From assembly GCF_002113885.1 (NCBI RefSeq), contig NW_018479978.1:1-64000 (forward strand): a stretch of 64,000 nucleotides of DNA. The letters are read 5' to 3'. The notes under the pieces were generated by a model. It had not been told where the DNA came from. It ran no database searches and saw nothing but the letters and a program-made list of their open reading frames with translations. This DNA is from Mizuhopecten yessoensis. Its lineage: Eukaryota. The position numbers were made by a program, and so were the translations under genes. Positions 26,889-39,510 of the stretch are shown piece by piece; within the stretch, counting starts at the first letter, position 1, and every line of letters begins with the position of its first letter.

Positions 26889-27811
26889 AAACTGTCTAAG
26901 AAGTGAGAGAAAGGACAGGTGTCGAGGCCAATTAGGGCCGAGACCTGTTATTTCTCTCACTTATTGGACAGTTTGAGGCTTATATCTAACATAAAATATA
27001 GTCCCCTCTTGGTGCCTCCAATGCTGATTCTCTATTGGTGTTCACTGACCCATTTAACTTATTGGACATGTTCACTTCAAAGACTCCAACATCAGGCATG
27101 AGCTAAATTGCATGAATATGACAATAGGGTTCACTTTTATGAGAAGTTCTTTTTACACAACCAATAACATTTTCTATGTGACGTTTTGATGACTAGTATG
27201 ATATGTACACTGTCACCTTCATCAGACAAATGACCAATGAATCGAAGCGTATGCACACAAAGGTGTAAAATGTGTACAAGTTGTCCATAAAATCGATGTC
27301 GATTTCGGCTACGCTGGAAAAGTATGTACAATAGTTGTTATATATGTACCGAAATGACTTAATTCAGCTATGCTTTGTTAACACTTGGTCATAGATGTGC
27401 GAGAGTCTTTGAGCCCTCTCGTCTGATTTAGAACTGGCCCACTGCTGGGTATCCAGATGGCTTCCTTTATCTGCCGCTTGAACAGATTGCTCTCTCTGTC
27501 CAAAACTTTGGAGTTATCCCAGCCAATCACATGTTTCATATATAACAACTATTGTACATACGTTTCCAGCGTAGCCGAAATCAACATTGATTCACCTTTT
27601 ACTGTCCAATAAGTTAAATGGGTCAGTGAACACCAATAGAGAATTTGTTTCCTGAATCAGCATTGGAGGCACTCAGAGGGGACTATGTTTTAAGTTAGAT
27701 ATATTTAAGCCTCAAACTGTCCAATAAGTGAGAGAAAGAACAGGTCTCGGCCCTTACAGGCTCGACACCTGTCATTTTTCTCACTTATTAGACAGTTTTC
27801 AGCTTATATCC
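26889..27811. mobile_element. Fold-back non-autonomous element related to the Crypton terminus
   Basis: Outer inverted arms 26889-27068 / 27603-27798, each with an internal hairpin. Inner inverted repeat 27291-27346 / 27537-27592 (53/56 identical). It shares GGGGAC(T)ATGTTTTAAGT(T/A)AGATAT..AGCCT.AAACTGTC and TAGACAGTTTTC.GCTTATATCC with the Crypton end at 60488-60605. Confidence 0.75.
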
Positions 27812-28819
27812 ATAACTCATAGATCATGACCTGCTTGTATCTATTTCTTGGGCATCCAGGTTATGGAAGGACGAAACAGCTATATGGTGCAGTGATATTT
27901 ATTTTCTGAAATAGTATATCTATTACCGAAATTTACATAAAGATGAGGGTTTAGGTTTGAAGAAATTGGTTCCATGAATTAATTGGCATTCAAGGATGTT
28001 GCTCTCAAGGTCTTATTAGGTCACTTCCTGATTCTTTAATGTTATTAAATTTCAACTAATTTCTATGAAATTTCATACAAATGACAAGGGTGCAGCTTGA
28101 GCGAGTACATTTCTAAGTGTTAGGTCAAAAGTCGCTTTTTTGTAAACACTTATTAGTCATTATAACCTTTATTTTCGAACAGACATAGGACAATAGTACC
28201 TCAAGGTTTAAGGTGCTATGCATGTACCCATGTATAGTCAAGTACAATGGTCACTGTTACAATTTTTAAGATTTTTTTGTCATCATAGTAAAAAAAGTGT
28301 CATACATTCAAGATACTCCAACAGTGTTAGAGGTTTACACGGCGAGATACTTTTGACAGTCGGCAAAATCATATCCAATGCCAGCAGCCTGTGATGTTAT
28401 TGGAGTAACATTCAAGAATGTTGTGCTCAAGGTCAAAGTCACTGTTTATACAAATAGCAACTGTTCTATGAATCTCCATACATGTGTTGTTATACCTTAA
28501 AATTACTCGTGCATGTGAAGATATTCATTTAATTTATGATGCCTTGAACTTATGACTTAGGCCAAACAAAACATATTTGGTGTTTCCGGTAACCCTAAAG
28601 TCAAGATCACTCTCCTACATAAACAATATAAAATTATTTGTTAAATAAAATTTGTTACCTACCTACGTACCCTAAATTTTTCCAACATGTTACAGGAAAC
28701 ACATGTTTTTTCGTCTGGCCTTTATGCTCAATACATGGACAATTATGACTGAATAGACTGTTTGTGAAATGATTACATTGTTTCTATGTTCTGTCATCTT
28801 CAGGAGTGATGACCTTGAA

Positions 28820-31800
28820 ATGAAGACGTGGAAAGTGATCGGCTGCCTGTTGTTTGTATGGCTGGGGATTATGGTGTACATGTCCAACAGTCTATTCCAG
28901 TCCTCGGACAGTAACCCAAGTGACATTGAACGTCAACTGAAGCGTGCCCTCCGGGAACTAGATAAACTTAAAGCCCAAAATGATGAATTTAGGAGTTTAG
29001 TGACCGATATAAAGTGAGGATGCTGCATATTATCTACATTTATTTTAATGGTTTTCAATTAAAGCTTCTATATACAGTTTTTAGCTCACCTGGCCAGAAG
29101 GTGTGGCATTTTTCGTCTGTCGTCTGTCTGGCATCAGGCTTCCAGATTTTACTTTAAACGTCTTCTTAATAACCAATTGGCATATGGTGATGATATTTGG
29201 CCTGAAGCATACTGGGATGAAGGGCTACCAAGTTTGTTAAAAGGAATGACCTTTGTTTTTTATTCAAGGTCACAGGCTCACTTGTCTTAAAAAACCTTTA
29301 AACAACTTCTGAATAATCAAAAAGTCTAGGATGATAATTTTTTGCCCAGTAGCATGCTGGGATAAAGGGCTTCTAACTTTATTCAAATGTATGAATTTCA
29401 CCCATATTCAAGGTCACAGGGGTCAAATATGTTAAAATCTTTAAACAATTTCTTCTGAATAACCCAAAGGACTAGGGTGATAATATTTGGCCAGTAGCAT
29501 GCAGGCATGGAGGGCTACCAAATTTGTTAAAATGAATGACCTTCACCCATATTCAAGGTCCCTTGGGTCAAAGAAGTCAAAAACTTTAAACGAGTCCTTC
29601 TCCAAAATACAAAGGATGGTGATATGTGACCAGTAGCATGCTCAGATGAAGAGCTATCAAGTTTGATCATATGAATGACATTGACACACTTTTAAGGTCA
29701 CATCTGGTCAATTGTGTATAAATCTTTAAAAATCATCTTCTCAAAAAAACAAAAGGTATAGGGTGGTGATATTTGGCAAGTTGCATTCTGGGATGAAGGG
29801 CTATAAAGTTTGTTCAACTTAATGTTCTTGTTTGACTCTCAATAGCACAGGGGTCAAATGTGTTTAAATATTTTAACAGTTTTTTTTGAATAACTGAGTC
29901 AAGACACTGATATTTTGTCTGTAGCTTTATTTTAGTCCACTTTAAAGGTTACAATTGTGAGCAAGGCAGGCCCATTGGGCCTCTTGTTTGTATTATGTAA
30001 GTGGTTGGTCACAAAGTTGCTGTATATGATGAGGCTTAAACTAGGTAAAAGTCTTGCTGATCAAGTGATTAACTATAGGACCATTTGGATAACTCATAGA
30101 ATAGTGGTTTTGTGATTATTTTGAGAAATTGGTTGTACAAGACATCTTTATGAAATTACTTTCAGGAAATTCAATCATTAACTGAAATTTAAGAATTTAT
30201 CCATGATATAAACATATAGAAGGAAATAATAATATAAATGTTCAATCTTTTGAGCTAGCTTTCCATGTTTCTGTTCTTACTTTGTTCCATTCTAAATTTT
30301 ATTTGTGATGTGTTTTAATACATATATATATACATATCATTGCATCTTTATAACTTAGGATACAATTGCTAAATGCTATCAAAATCCTCCATTTTTATTT
30401 AGTTATCCATATATGAATTTTACTCTAAAGTTTAATTTCAACATAAATGCTTTTGACTTTTCCACAGAGATCAGATTAACACAGAAAATGCTGAGCCAAT
30501 TAAGAAAAGAGTTGCGGAAGCTGTAAAACCTGTCGCTGTTGTCAAGTCAAAAGTTTGTGACGGTAAAACACAAAACTGCTTGTAATAACTTGTGTATGAA
30601 GAACGTCTCTGACTCAGCAAAGCACTGAGCTAGTCCTGTTATAACTTGTGTATGAAGAACGTCTCTGACTCAGCAAAGCACTGAGCTAGTCCTGTAATAA
30701 CTTGTGTATGAAGACATCTCTGACTCAGCAAAGCACTGAGCTAGTCCTGAATAAATGTAATTAATATCAACAACCAGATCACCTTTTAGATTTGGACAAA
30801 TAGACATTTGCTATTGTTAATGATGAAATAAGTGTGATTATTCTTGAAAGAATTTGAGAGGTTCCTGATTGAGGTAGACACTGTTGGTAGACACATATAC
30901 AGCACACAATAACTTGAGACATAATGATTTGCCCTCTGTGATGTGTCTTAACAAATACGTGAAATTATACTGTAGATAAGATATAATAACTGTTATTTAT
31001 CTTTCTTAATTTTCAGCAACTGGACCTTCCCTTCTTCATGAACAGAGGAGGCGTAAAATTGAGAATGATGTCGTAGAGTTTTGGTACTTCATGCGTTCTG
31101 AGCTGAAGAAAATGAAAAGCACTTCTAAAGGGGATATAGTACGAGTAGTAGACAGGGTCCTTTCAGATGGAGCTAATTATCAAAAGTGAGTTGTTTCTTT
31201 GCGTTACCTGGATAATATATTATTGATTTATTCTTGAAATGTATGCCAGCTTGCTGTGATATTTTCAACTGCTAAACACTTTGAGTTGTTGAGGTTTTAT
31301 TTTGATGGACTAACATTCCAAGCATTATCTGCATTTATACAAACAATGAGATAAGCAAAAGAAATTTGAATTCAATTTTTTTCATTATTTTGGACTATTT
31401 CCAATTAACAGTAGCCTGTTGTTTGTTAGGACTATTTCCAATTAACAGTAGCCTGTTGTTTGTTAGAACTATTTCCAATTAACAGTAGCCTGTTGTTTTT
31501 TAGGACTATTTCCACTTAACAGTAGCCTGTTGTTTGTTAGAACTATTTCCAATTCACAGTAGCCTGTTGTTTGTTAGAACTATTTCCACTTAACAGTAGC
31601 CTGTTGTTTGTTGGAACTATTTCCAATTAACAGTAGCCTGTTGTTTGTTAGGACTATTTCCAATTAACCGTAGCTTGTTGTTTGTTAGAACTATTTCCAC
31701 TTAACAGTAGCCTGTTGTTTGTTAGAACTATTTCCAATTAACAGTAGCCTGTTGTTTGTTAGGACTATTTCCACTTAATAGTAGCTTGTTGTGATGAGTT

Positions 31801-34800
31801 GGTCAATTGACATCCGTGTTGATATCACTATCGAAAGTTTTGTGTAAGTATTGATTACCTAAATAATATAATTTCATCGTAATGATTGTTTCTGTTTTTA
31901 TTATTTGCAGAACACTACATAATGACTTTAATCTACTGCGGAATGTTGAAAATGCTGGTGAATTAATGAAGAAGGAATCGGAGGAACTGGGTCGGCTGGT
32001 CCAGAAAAGGTTTAAATACCTACAGGTGAGAGATCACAGAATCATTTTTTGGTCATATATTGTTTTTATGTTGTAAGGTTACATTTTTGTTGTATAAACC
32101 CCAGTGTTATGTTTATTAAAACTGAAATTGTGATTGTAGAACCCAAAGGACTGTGCATCAGCTAAGAAGCTGGTATGTAATCTGAGCAAAGGCTGTGGGT
32201 ATGGGTGTCAGCTCCACCATGTCACATACTGTATGATGGTAGCTTACGCCACAAAGAGGACCTTGATATTAGAATCCAGGGGTTGGCGGTATGCAAGCAG
32301 AGGCTGGGAGTCTGTGTTCCTACCACTAAGTGACAACTGCAAGGACAAAAAGGGCAGTAGCTCCAGACCCTGGGCAGGTAAACATATATGTACCTGTTGT
32401 AATTGCAGTACATGTACCATAAGATAAAATGATAGAGCCTGAAAGCTCAATATAATCTAACTTTCCAACACTGGTCCCCTTTCACATATAGAAGCACGGA
32501 CTCTTGAGATTACCAATCATTCTGTGGAGACCTACAGTACAACATATGACAGAAGTTTTCAAGCTATAAAGTTTTTCAGCTCTAGGTCTTTGTGAAATCT
32601 TGTTCTACATAAGAATGTAATATACTATTGTTTCCATGCTCTGCCTTTCTTTGTCCCCTGCTGTTATTACTGGATAGGAACAAAGCTTTGCATTCCGTTA
32701 GTCTGTCAGTCCATCTGTCAATCAGCCTGGGAACCACAAACGACCAACACAAACACATTTTATATATGAGTATTTCTGAGGATAGGAAGCGTTACATACT
32801 GAAGTCCTAGGCCTCACTGGAGTTATGACCTTTTGTTCATTATTGATACCACGTTTATCTGAAGGTAGGGGACTATGTCACTTTGATACCAAAGATGACA
32901 TTTCAGATGTTTTGCACAGTAATTCTGGACAGGGAGACATTGTTACTGACAATCAAACCTTAGTTTGTATGTCTGTTTGATTGTTATGTATATAGTCTGT
33001 CTCATTATGAACTATATTTGACTTTCAGATCCTGATATAATCCGTGATGCCCAAGTAGTGGAGATGCCCATTGTTGACAGTCTTCACCCAAGACCAAATT
33101 ATCTCCCTTTGGCCATCCCCATGGACCTATCAGACAGACTCATGCGACTACATGGTGATCCAGCAGTATGGTGGATTGGTCAGTTTGTGAAGTATCTGAC
33201 TCGTCCTCAGCCTCAACTACAAACAGACATGGAGAATGCCAAGGCCAAGCTTGGATTCTCTAAGCCCATAGTGGGGTAAGGCAAGCTTAGATTATCTTGT
33301 CCAGTGGTAGAGTAAGTCAGATTATGTAGTCTGAATGTTCAACAAATCAATTAAATTTTGATTATGTTATCCCAAAGGCAGGTTTTAGCTAGGATTATTA
33401 TAAAACCAGAACACCATAGTTGACACCTTAATGTGGGAGGAAACCGGAGTATCCAGAGAAACCAATGTGATCGGGCAGGTGACCCCATACCTTTTCACTT
33501 CCGATCCCAGCCGTCTTGGTGAAAGGCGAATACACTATCCACTGTGCCATATGACCATCCACTTGGCTGGAATTATCATAAACCCAGAGTACCATAGTTG
33601 AAACTTAGCTGGGTCTATGATAAGCCCGGGGTCTATGCATGACATGTATGTATTTTGCGGTAGTTAAATTAACCCTAGACTATTGAACACACAGGGTCCA
33701 TGTGCGGCGTACAGACAAAGTGGGTACAGAGGCAGCCTTCCACAGTATAGATGAGTACATGCTTTATGTTGAGGAATACTACGACAGACTGGAGGCCAGG
33801 GAACCTGTCCATACCCGCAAAGTCTACTTGGCTTCAGACGACCCTTCAGTCCTACCAGACGCCAAGTCTAGGTGAGTAAAGAATATGCTTAAATTTTTTA
33901 GGCTTAAAGTTGCTGAAAGCCAGTAGTTATATCATATTTATATATTGTACATTTACATTTGTTTATCAAAGGTAGGGGTATGGCAGATACCCAGGGTTTT
34001 AGTGAAAATCAACACTGACATTTCTAGATAATGTACAAGTGAAAGAAGAACATATTAGAAGAGAGAAGAGAAATGTATACCAGTGTTACTTTGCCTATTT
34101 ATAAAATAATAAAAAAATATACAACATTGGATATTGCGCCCTATCTAGCTAACATAAGCCACTCTAAAGCGCTTTATAGTACATAGATATACAATTTTAT
34201 ACAGTCAATACAATATTGAGGAATTCGCAGGAGCTGCCTTATCAGGTGCTAACTACTAGTCCTATGCCACCTGGCTAATATCTTCCTATGTGTGTATGCC
34301 TGTGTGTGCTGGAGATGTATTGTGTTCTGTTTGTAGTGGGACCGTGCTTCCAACGGTATCATTTATAATGCCACCTCACTTGAAAGCTACAGCACCCCAG
34401 ACCATTTCATACTCCACCTGGGTTGTTGGAGTTGTGTGGGCAGGAGAAAAACACTTTCTCTAATATTTCATACGTACGGCGACTTCGGGGATTGAACCCC
34501 GGTCGCCTGCTTGGAAGGCCGGAGTGTTAACCACTCGACCAATCCGCCCATAATCATACTATTTATATTAACAGGTATCCCCACTATACGTTTATAAGTG
34601 ACATAGAGATTACAAAGACAGCAGGACTCAACAAGCGCTACACTGACCAATCTCTGCATGGCATCATCATGGACATCCACTTCCTGTCTCTGTCCGACTA
34701 TCTTGTCTGCACTTTCTCCTCTCAGGTAACAAAGCCAATAATTTGATGATGATGCAGTTTAACCTTGTCGTTCGAGACACTTAGATTACTAGGGAAATAT

Positions 34801-35893
34801 CTAGATTTACAAATATCAAAGATAATGCAATACAACTTCCTTTGTAGGCAAGTATTGCATAAATTTTCTGTTTTTCTTCTTCTTCATAATATTCATTGAA
34901 AGAACATGACATACAGAAGTGCTCTTCAAATTTGTTGTTTTTAAGTTTTAAGCCTACTATCATCAGATGGTGGACTTTTCAATTTGCCTTTGGTCCAGAG
35001 TCTGTCCGTCCATCTGTGAACAATTCTTCTTATCGCTATTTCTTAGAAAGTATTGCACGGACAGATCGTAATCAGATTTCGTAAACAGGTTCCCCGTTGG
35101 TCCTAGCTGTGCAATATAACTGTTTTTTGTGGGTAGGAAGAACAATAGGAGACCTGGTAGCCATCTTGACTTGTTAAAGTTTTTTGTTTTCGCTTTTCAA
35201 AGAATGTACTGGAACTATTTCAAAGAATGTACTGGAACTATTTCAAAGAATGTACTGGAAAGATCTTTCTAAAATGTTGTATACTGATTCCCCTTGAGTC
35301 TATGTTGTGCAATATCACTTTCCTACATGGTCAAGGTCACAAATATCAACTTCCATATCTTCTCAGTAGTGAGAAAGTTTTTTATACAATATGTAGTTTA
35401 TTAAGATAAAATAAATGAAAAAAGTATATTTTCAGTATATTTCCATATTGCTATTATTTGTCTGTAACAAATCTTGTGATTGGCTAATAAATGTACACTT
35501 AAGTCCCAAATTATTTATATTATGCATTTGTGTTAACTCTGTTGTTTTAATATGCAGGTGTGTCGCGTTGCTTATGAAATGATGCAGACAATGCACGCTG
35601 ACGCCTCAGCTTACTTCAAATCCTTGGATGATATATATTATTTTGGTGGGCAAAATGGACACCATATGGAAGTTTTAGAAAAGCACATTTCAAAACAGCC
35701 AAAAGAAATCGATATGGAGCCAGGTGATTCTGTCGGCATAGCTGGTAATCACTGGGATGGATATTCTAAAGGAATGAACCGACGGACAGGAAAGGATGGA
35801 TTGTTCCCATCCTATAAAACACAGAGTAAGGTGGTTATTGTGGACCTACCAACATATTCAGAGGTAGATGAGGATAGCCACATTGATCAGTGA
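28820..35893 (+). CDS. FUT8: Alpha-(1,6)-fucosyltransferase (GT23), 9 coding exons, 573 aa
   Basis: Exons 28820-29013 (TM anchor [21 protein letters not shown], then coiled coil), 30468-30562, 31017-31185, 31911-32025, 32140-32377 ([16 protein letters not shown]), 33029-33275, 33695-33871 ([16 protein letters not shown]; VYLASDD), 34575-34725 ([10 protein letters not shown]) and 35558-35893 (VCRVAYE..SH3 domain [17 protein letters not shown]). Total 1722 nt, in frame. Confidence 0.97.
29079..29990 (+). mobile_element. Helentron-associated non-autonomous element (HINE-like) with internal tandem repeats of about 150 bp
   Basis: Starts TTTTAGCTCACCTGGCC with a GTCT microsatellite. The interior has repeated ATGACCTT..TTCAAGGTCACAGG units. 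It ends with the palindrome AGGCCCATTGGGCCT then CTTGTTT. Confidence 0.7.
30581..30750. repeat. 56-bp tandem repeat x3
   Basis: TGTAATAACTTGTGTATGAAGAACGTCTCTGACTCAGCAAAGCACTGAGCTAGTCC. Confidence 0.9.
31392..31790. repeat. 37-bp minisatellite, about 11 copies
   Basis: GGACTATTTCCAATTAACAGTAGCCTGTTGTTTGTTA. Confidence 0.95.
33430..33570 (-). mobile_element. tRNA-derived SINE fragment (V-domain-like); related copy at 49052-49240 (+)
   Basis: GGAGGAAACCGGAGTA.CC.GAGAAAACC core. It is the reverse complement of the 49052-49190 sequence (GCACAGTGGATAG..TTTCACCAAGA..GTGAAAA.GTATGGGGTC). Confidence 0.6.
34130..34550 (-). mobile_element. tRNA-Gly(TCC)-derived SINE in FUT8 intron
   Basis: Minus-strand head GCGGATTGGTCGAGTGGTTAACACTCCGGCCTTCCAAGCAGGCGACCGGGGTTCAATCCC with A and B boxes. 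The body is similar to the SINE pieces at 53240-53690. Confidence 0.65.
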
Positions 35894-36009
35894 GAAAATT
35901 CAGGTATAGGTATACTACAACATGGAGCATATACTAACATGACAAGGGTTGGTGCCTGTACCTGACTAGGGTGTACACGTCTTTGTGTGTGTTTACTTGA
36001 CAAGGGTTG

Positions 36010-36690
36010 ACCTGACTAGGGTGTCTTATCCTGTGTCAACCTGACTAGGGTGTCTTATCCTGTGTTTACCTGACCAGGTGTCTTATCCTGTGTTTACACG
36101 ACTAGGGTGTCTTATCCTGTGTTTACACGACTAGGGTGCCTTATCCTGTATTTACACGACTAGGGTGTCTTATCCTGTGTTTACACGACTAGGGTGTCTT
36201 ATCCTTGTTTACACGACTAGGGTGTCTTATCCTGTGTTTACCTGACTAGGGTGTCTTATCCTGTGTTTACACGACTAGGGTGCCTTATCCTGTATTTACA
36301 CGACTAGGGTGTCTTATCCTTGTTTACACGACTAGGGTGTATGTTATCCTGTGTTTACCTGACTAGGGTGTCTTATCCTGTGTTTACACGACTAGGGTGT
36401 CTTATCCTTGTTTACACGACTAGGGTGCCTTATCCTGTGTTTACCTGACTAGTGTGTCTTATCCTGTGTTTACACGACTAGGATGTCTTATCCTTGTTTA
36501 CACGACTAGGGTGCCTTATCCTGTGTTTACCTGACTAGGGTGCCTTATCCTGTGTTTACCTGACTAGGATGTCTTTACATGTGTTTACCTGACTAGGGTG
36601 TCTTAACCTGTGTTTACCTGACTAGGGTGTCTTTACATGTTTTTACCTGACCAGGGTGTCTCTACCTGTGTTTACCTGACTAGGTGTCTT
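36010..36690. repeat. 28-29-bp minisatellite A just downstream of the FUT8 stop
   Basis: GACTAGGGTGTCTTATCCTGTGTTTACAC, more than 20 copies. Confidence 0.95.
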
Positions 36691-36769
36691 TATGTTTTAA
36701 GGCAAGGATGTCATTACCTATGTTTGTAGGCCTGGGTGTATGATATCCTATTGCTGTATAAACACACTG

Positions 36770-37860
36770 AAACCCTACTGGTGTACATATACATGCTGAA
36801 ATCCTACTGGTGTACATATACATGCTGATACCCTACTGGTGTACATAGACATGCTGATACCCTACTGGGGTACATAGACATGCTGACACCCTACTGGTGT
36901 ACATAGACATGCTGAAACCCTACTGGTGAACATAGACATGCTAAAACCCTACTGGTGGACATAGACATGCTAAAACCCTACTGGTGTACATAGACACGCT
37001 GATACCCTACTGGTGTACATAGACATGCTGACTCCCTACTGGTGTACATAGACATGCTGAAACCCTACTGGTGAACATAGACATGCTAAAACCCTACTGG
37101 TGGACATAGACATGCTGAAACCCTACTGGTGTACATAGACATGCTGCTACCCTACTGGTGTACATAGACATGCTAAAGCCCTACTGGTGTACATAGACAT
37201 GCTGATACCCTACTGGGGTACATAGACATGCTGACACCCTACTGGTGTACATAGACATGCTGAAACCCTACTGGTGTATATAGACATGCTAAAACCCTAC
37301 TGGTGTACATAGACATTCTGATACCCTACTGGTGTACATAGACATGCTAAAGCCCTACTGGTGTACATAGACATGCTGATACCCTACTGGTGTACTTAGA
37401 CATGCTAAAACCCTACTGGTGTACAGAGACATGCTGAAACCCTACTGGTGTATATAGCCATGCTAAAACCCTACTGGGGTACATAGACATGCTGATACCC
37501 TACTGGTGTACTTAGACATGCTAAAACCCTACTGGTGTACATAGACATGGTGATACCCTACTGGTGTACATAGACATGCTGAAACCCTACTGGTGTACAC
37601 AGACATGCTGACACCCTTCTGGTGAATACATATGCTGATATGCCCATGGTATATATACATGCTGAAACCCCACTGGTATATATATAGACATGTTGATACC
37701 CTCATGGTATATGGACATATGCCTGCTTATACACTACTGGTATAGTAGACATGTTGATACACAACTGGTAAAAAGGCATGCTGGATACACTACTGGTTTA
37801 TAGACATGCTTGATACTCTACTGGTATATAGGCATGCTGATACCCTACTGTATTGGTAAA
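36770..37860. repeat. 29-bp minisatellite B
   Basis: CCCTACTGGTGTACATAGACATGCTGAAA, more than 30 copies. Confidence 0.95.
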
Positions 37861-39334
37861 CTGTACTCAGTATATACTTTGTTGTAGAGACAAGCTGATA
37901 TACTTGTGTACAGGTGTGCTGATACAAAACGGAAGTACCTGGAAGGGCATTCTGATGCCCCTGTTAACAGTACAGGTTTTCCTATTTTACACTGATGTAA
38001 GGTCTTGCCAATACCTTACCTGAGTGTTCTGGTGCTGGTATCATACTTAAGTATGGCACTACTGACACCCATTTTGCTGAGCAGGTCAGGTCTGGACAAT
38101 TTAAAAAAAAATCTGTAACTGCTGGTTGGGTAAAATTGACCTGTGGCATCAAATTATATTAAGATATGACTTTCTATTGTAATTTAAAGTGGATGGTGTG
38201 TTTAGTGATATTATGTTTGATGTAAGAATGAGTTGATAAGGTATCTAATTAATGGTTTGTACACTTCCATTATACATTATACAGATGTCTGGCTGGGCTG
38301 TATGTATGGTATCTAGTAGACATTATACTGATGTCTGGCTGGGCTGTATGTATGGTAACTAGTAGATGGTTTATATATTTCCAATATACATGTACTGATG
38401 TATGGCTGGGCTGTATGTATGGTTACTAGTAGACATTGTTTGGTAACTAGTAGATGGTTTATATATTTCCAATATACATGTACTGATGTATGGCTGGGCT
38501 GTATGTATGGTATCTAGTAGACATTATACTAATGCATGGCTGGGCTGTATGTATTGTATACTTCCATTAAAATGATGTATGTCAGACGTTGGTGTGTGTA
38601 AGGTAACCAGTAAGTGGTATGTATACTTCCAATATACATGTACTGTTGTATGGCTGGGATGTATGTATTGTAACCAGTAAATGGTCTGTATACTTACATT
38701 ATACTGATGTAAAGTTGATTTATCTATAGTATATGATACAGTTGTTTTAATGCTTACCCTTCCTAAACATTTAACCTTAGGTGCTGGTCGTTGACCATGT
38801 GTTACAGTGCGCAATGACAAAGGTTGAGTGCAGTATAACATTCTATGTTATGGGAAGACATTAAATAACTGTTTTGTTACAGTTAATAGTAATATCAAAC
38901 ATACTTTATTGACTCACTTGCAATTTGCTGTGATGCCAGTTCTTCAATTTAAATTTCCATAAAAATTTGCCTACATGACAACAGTTTTAAATTACTCAAC
39001 CAATTTTGACTTTTTTTCTTCGTGGGTTTTTAAAACTATACTTCGCTAGGTCACATGACCATGTATTCACGCAGTACATCAATTTTCAATAATTGATTTC
39101 AGTACTATACATATAGGATCGTGTAATAAAGATCATTATGCTGCCATTAGACTATTATACTGATGTATTTACTGGACACTCAACAGTAGAGGTGAGATAA
39201 AATCCAAGATGGCGGACCATGTTGAAATTATGTGAACAGGGGGGTTGCTCGCAATTAAGCCCCCCCCCCCAAACACACACTTTTGGCCCATCTTTTTTTC
39301 TCAGGAAGGGGGGCTTATTGCCGTTAAATAGGGT

Positions 39335-39510
39335 ATGTATGTAGACCATTACACTGATGTATATAGGTATATAGACCATTACACTGATGTATATAGGTAT
39401 ATAGACCATAACACTGATGTATATAGGTATATAGACCATTACACTGATGTATATATGTATATAGACCATTACACTGATGTATATAGGTATATAGACCATT
39501 ACACTGGTTT
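39335..39510. repeat. 30-bp tandem repeat, about 5-6 copies
   Basis: TATAGACCATTACACTGATGTATATAGGTA; this explains the repetitive ORFs in three frames. Confidence 0.9.

Noticed and set aside
34478-34550. Functional tRNA-Gly(TCC) gene
   Set aside because: The acceptor and anticodon stems pair poorly, and the sequence continues into a SINE body instead of a poly-T terminator.
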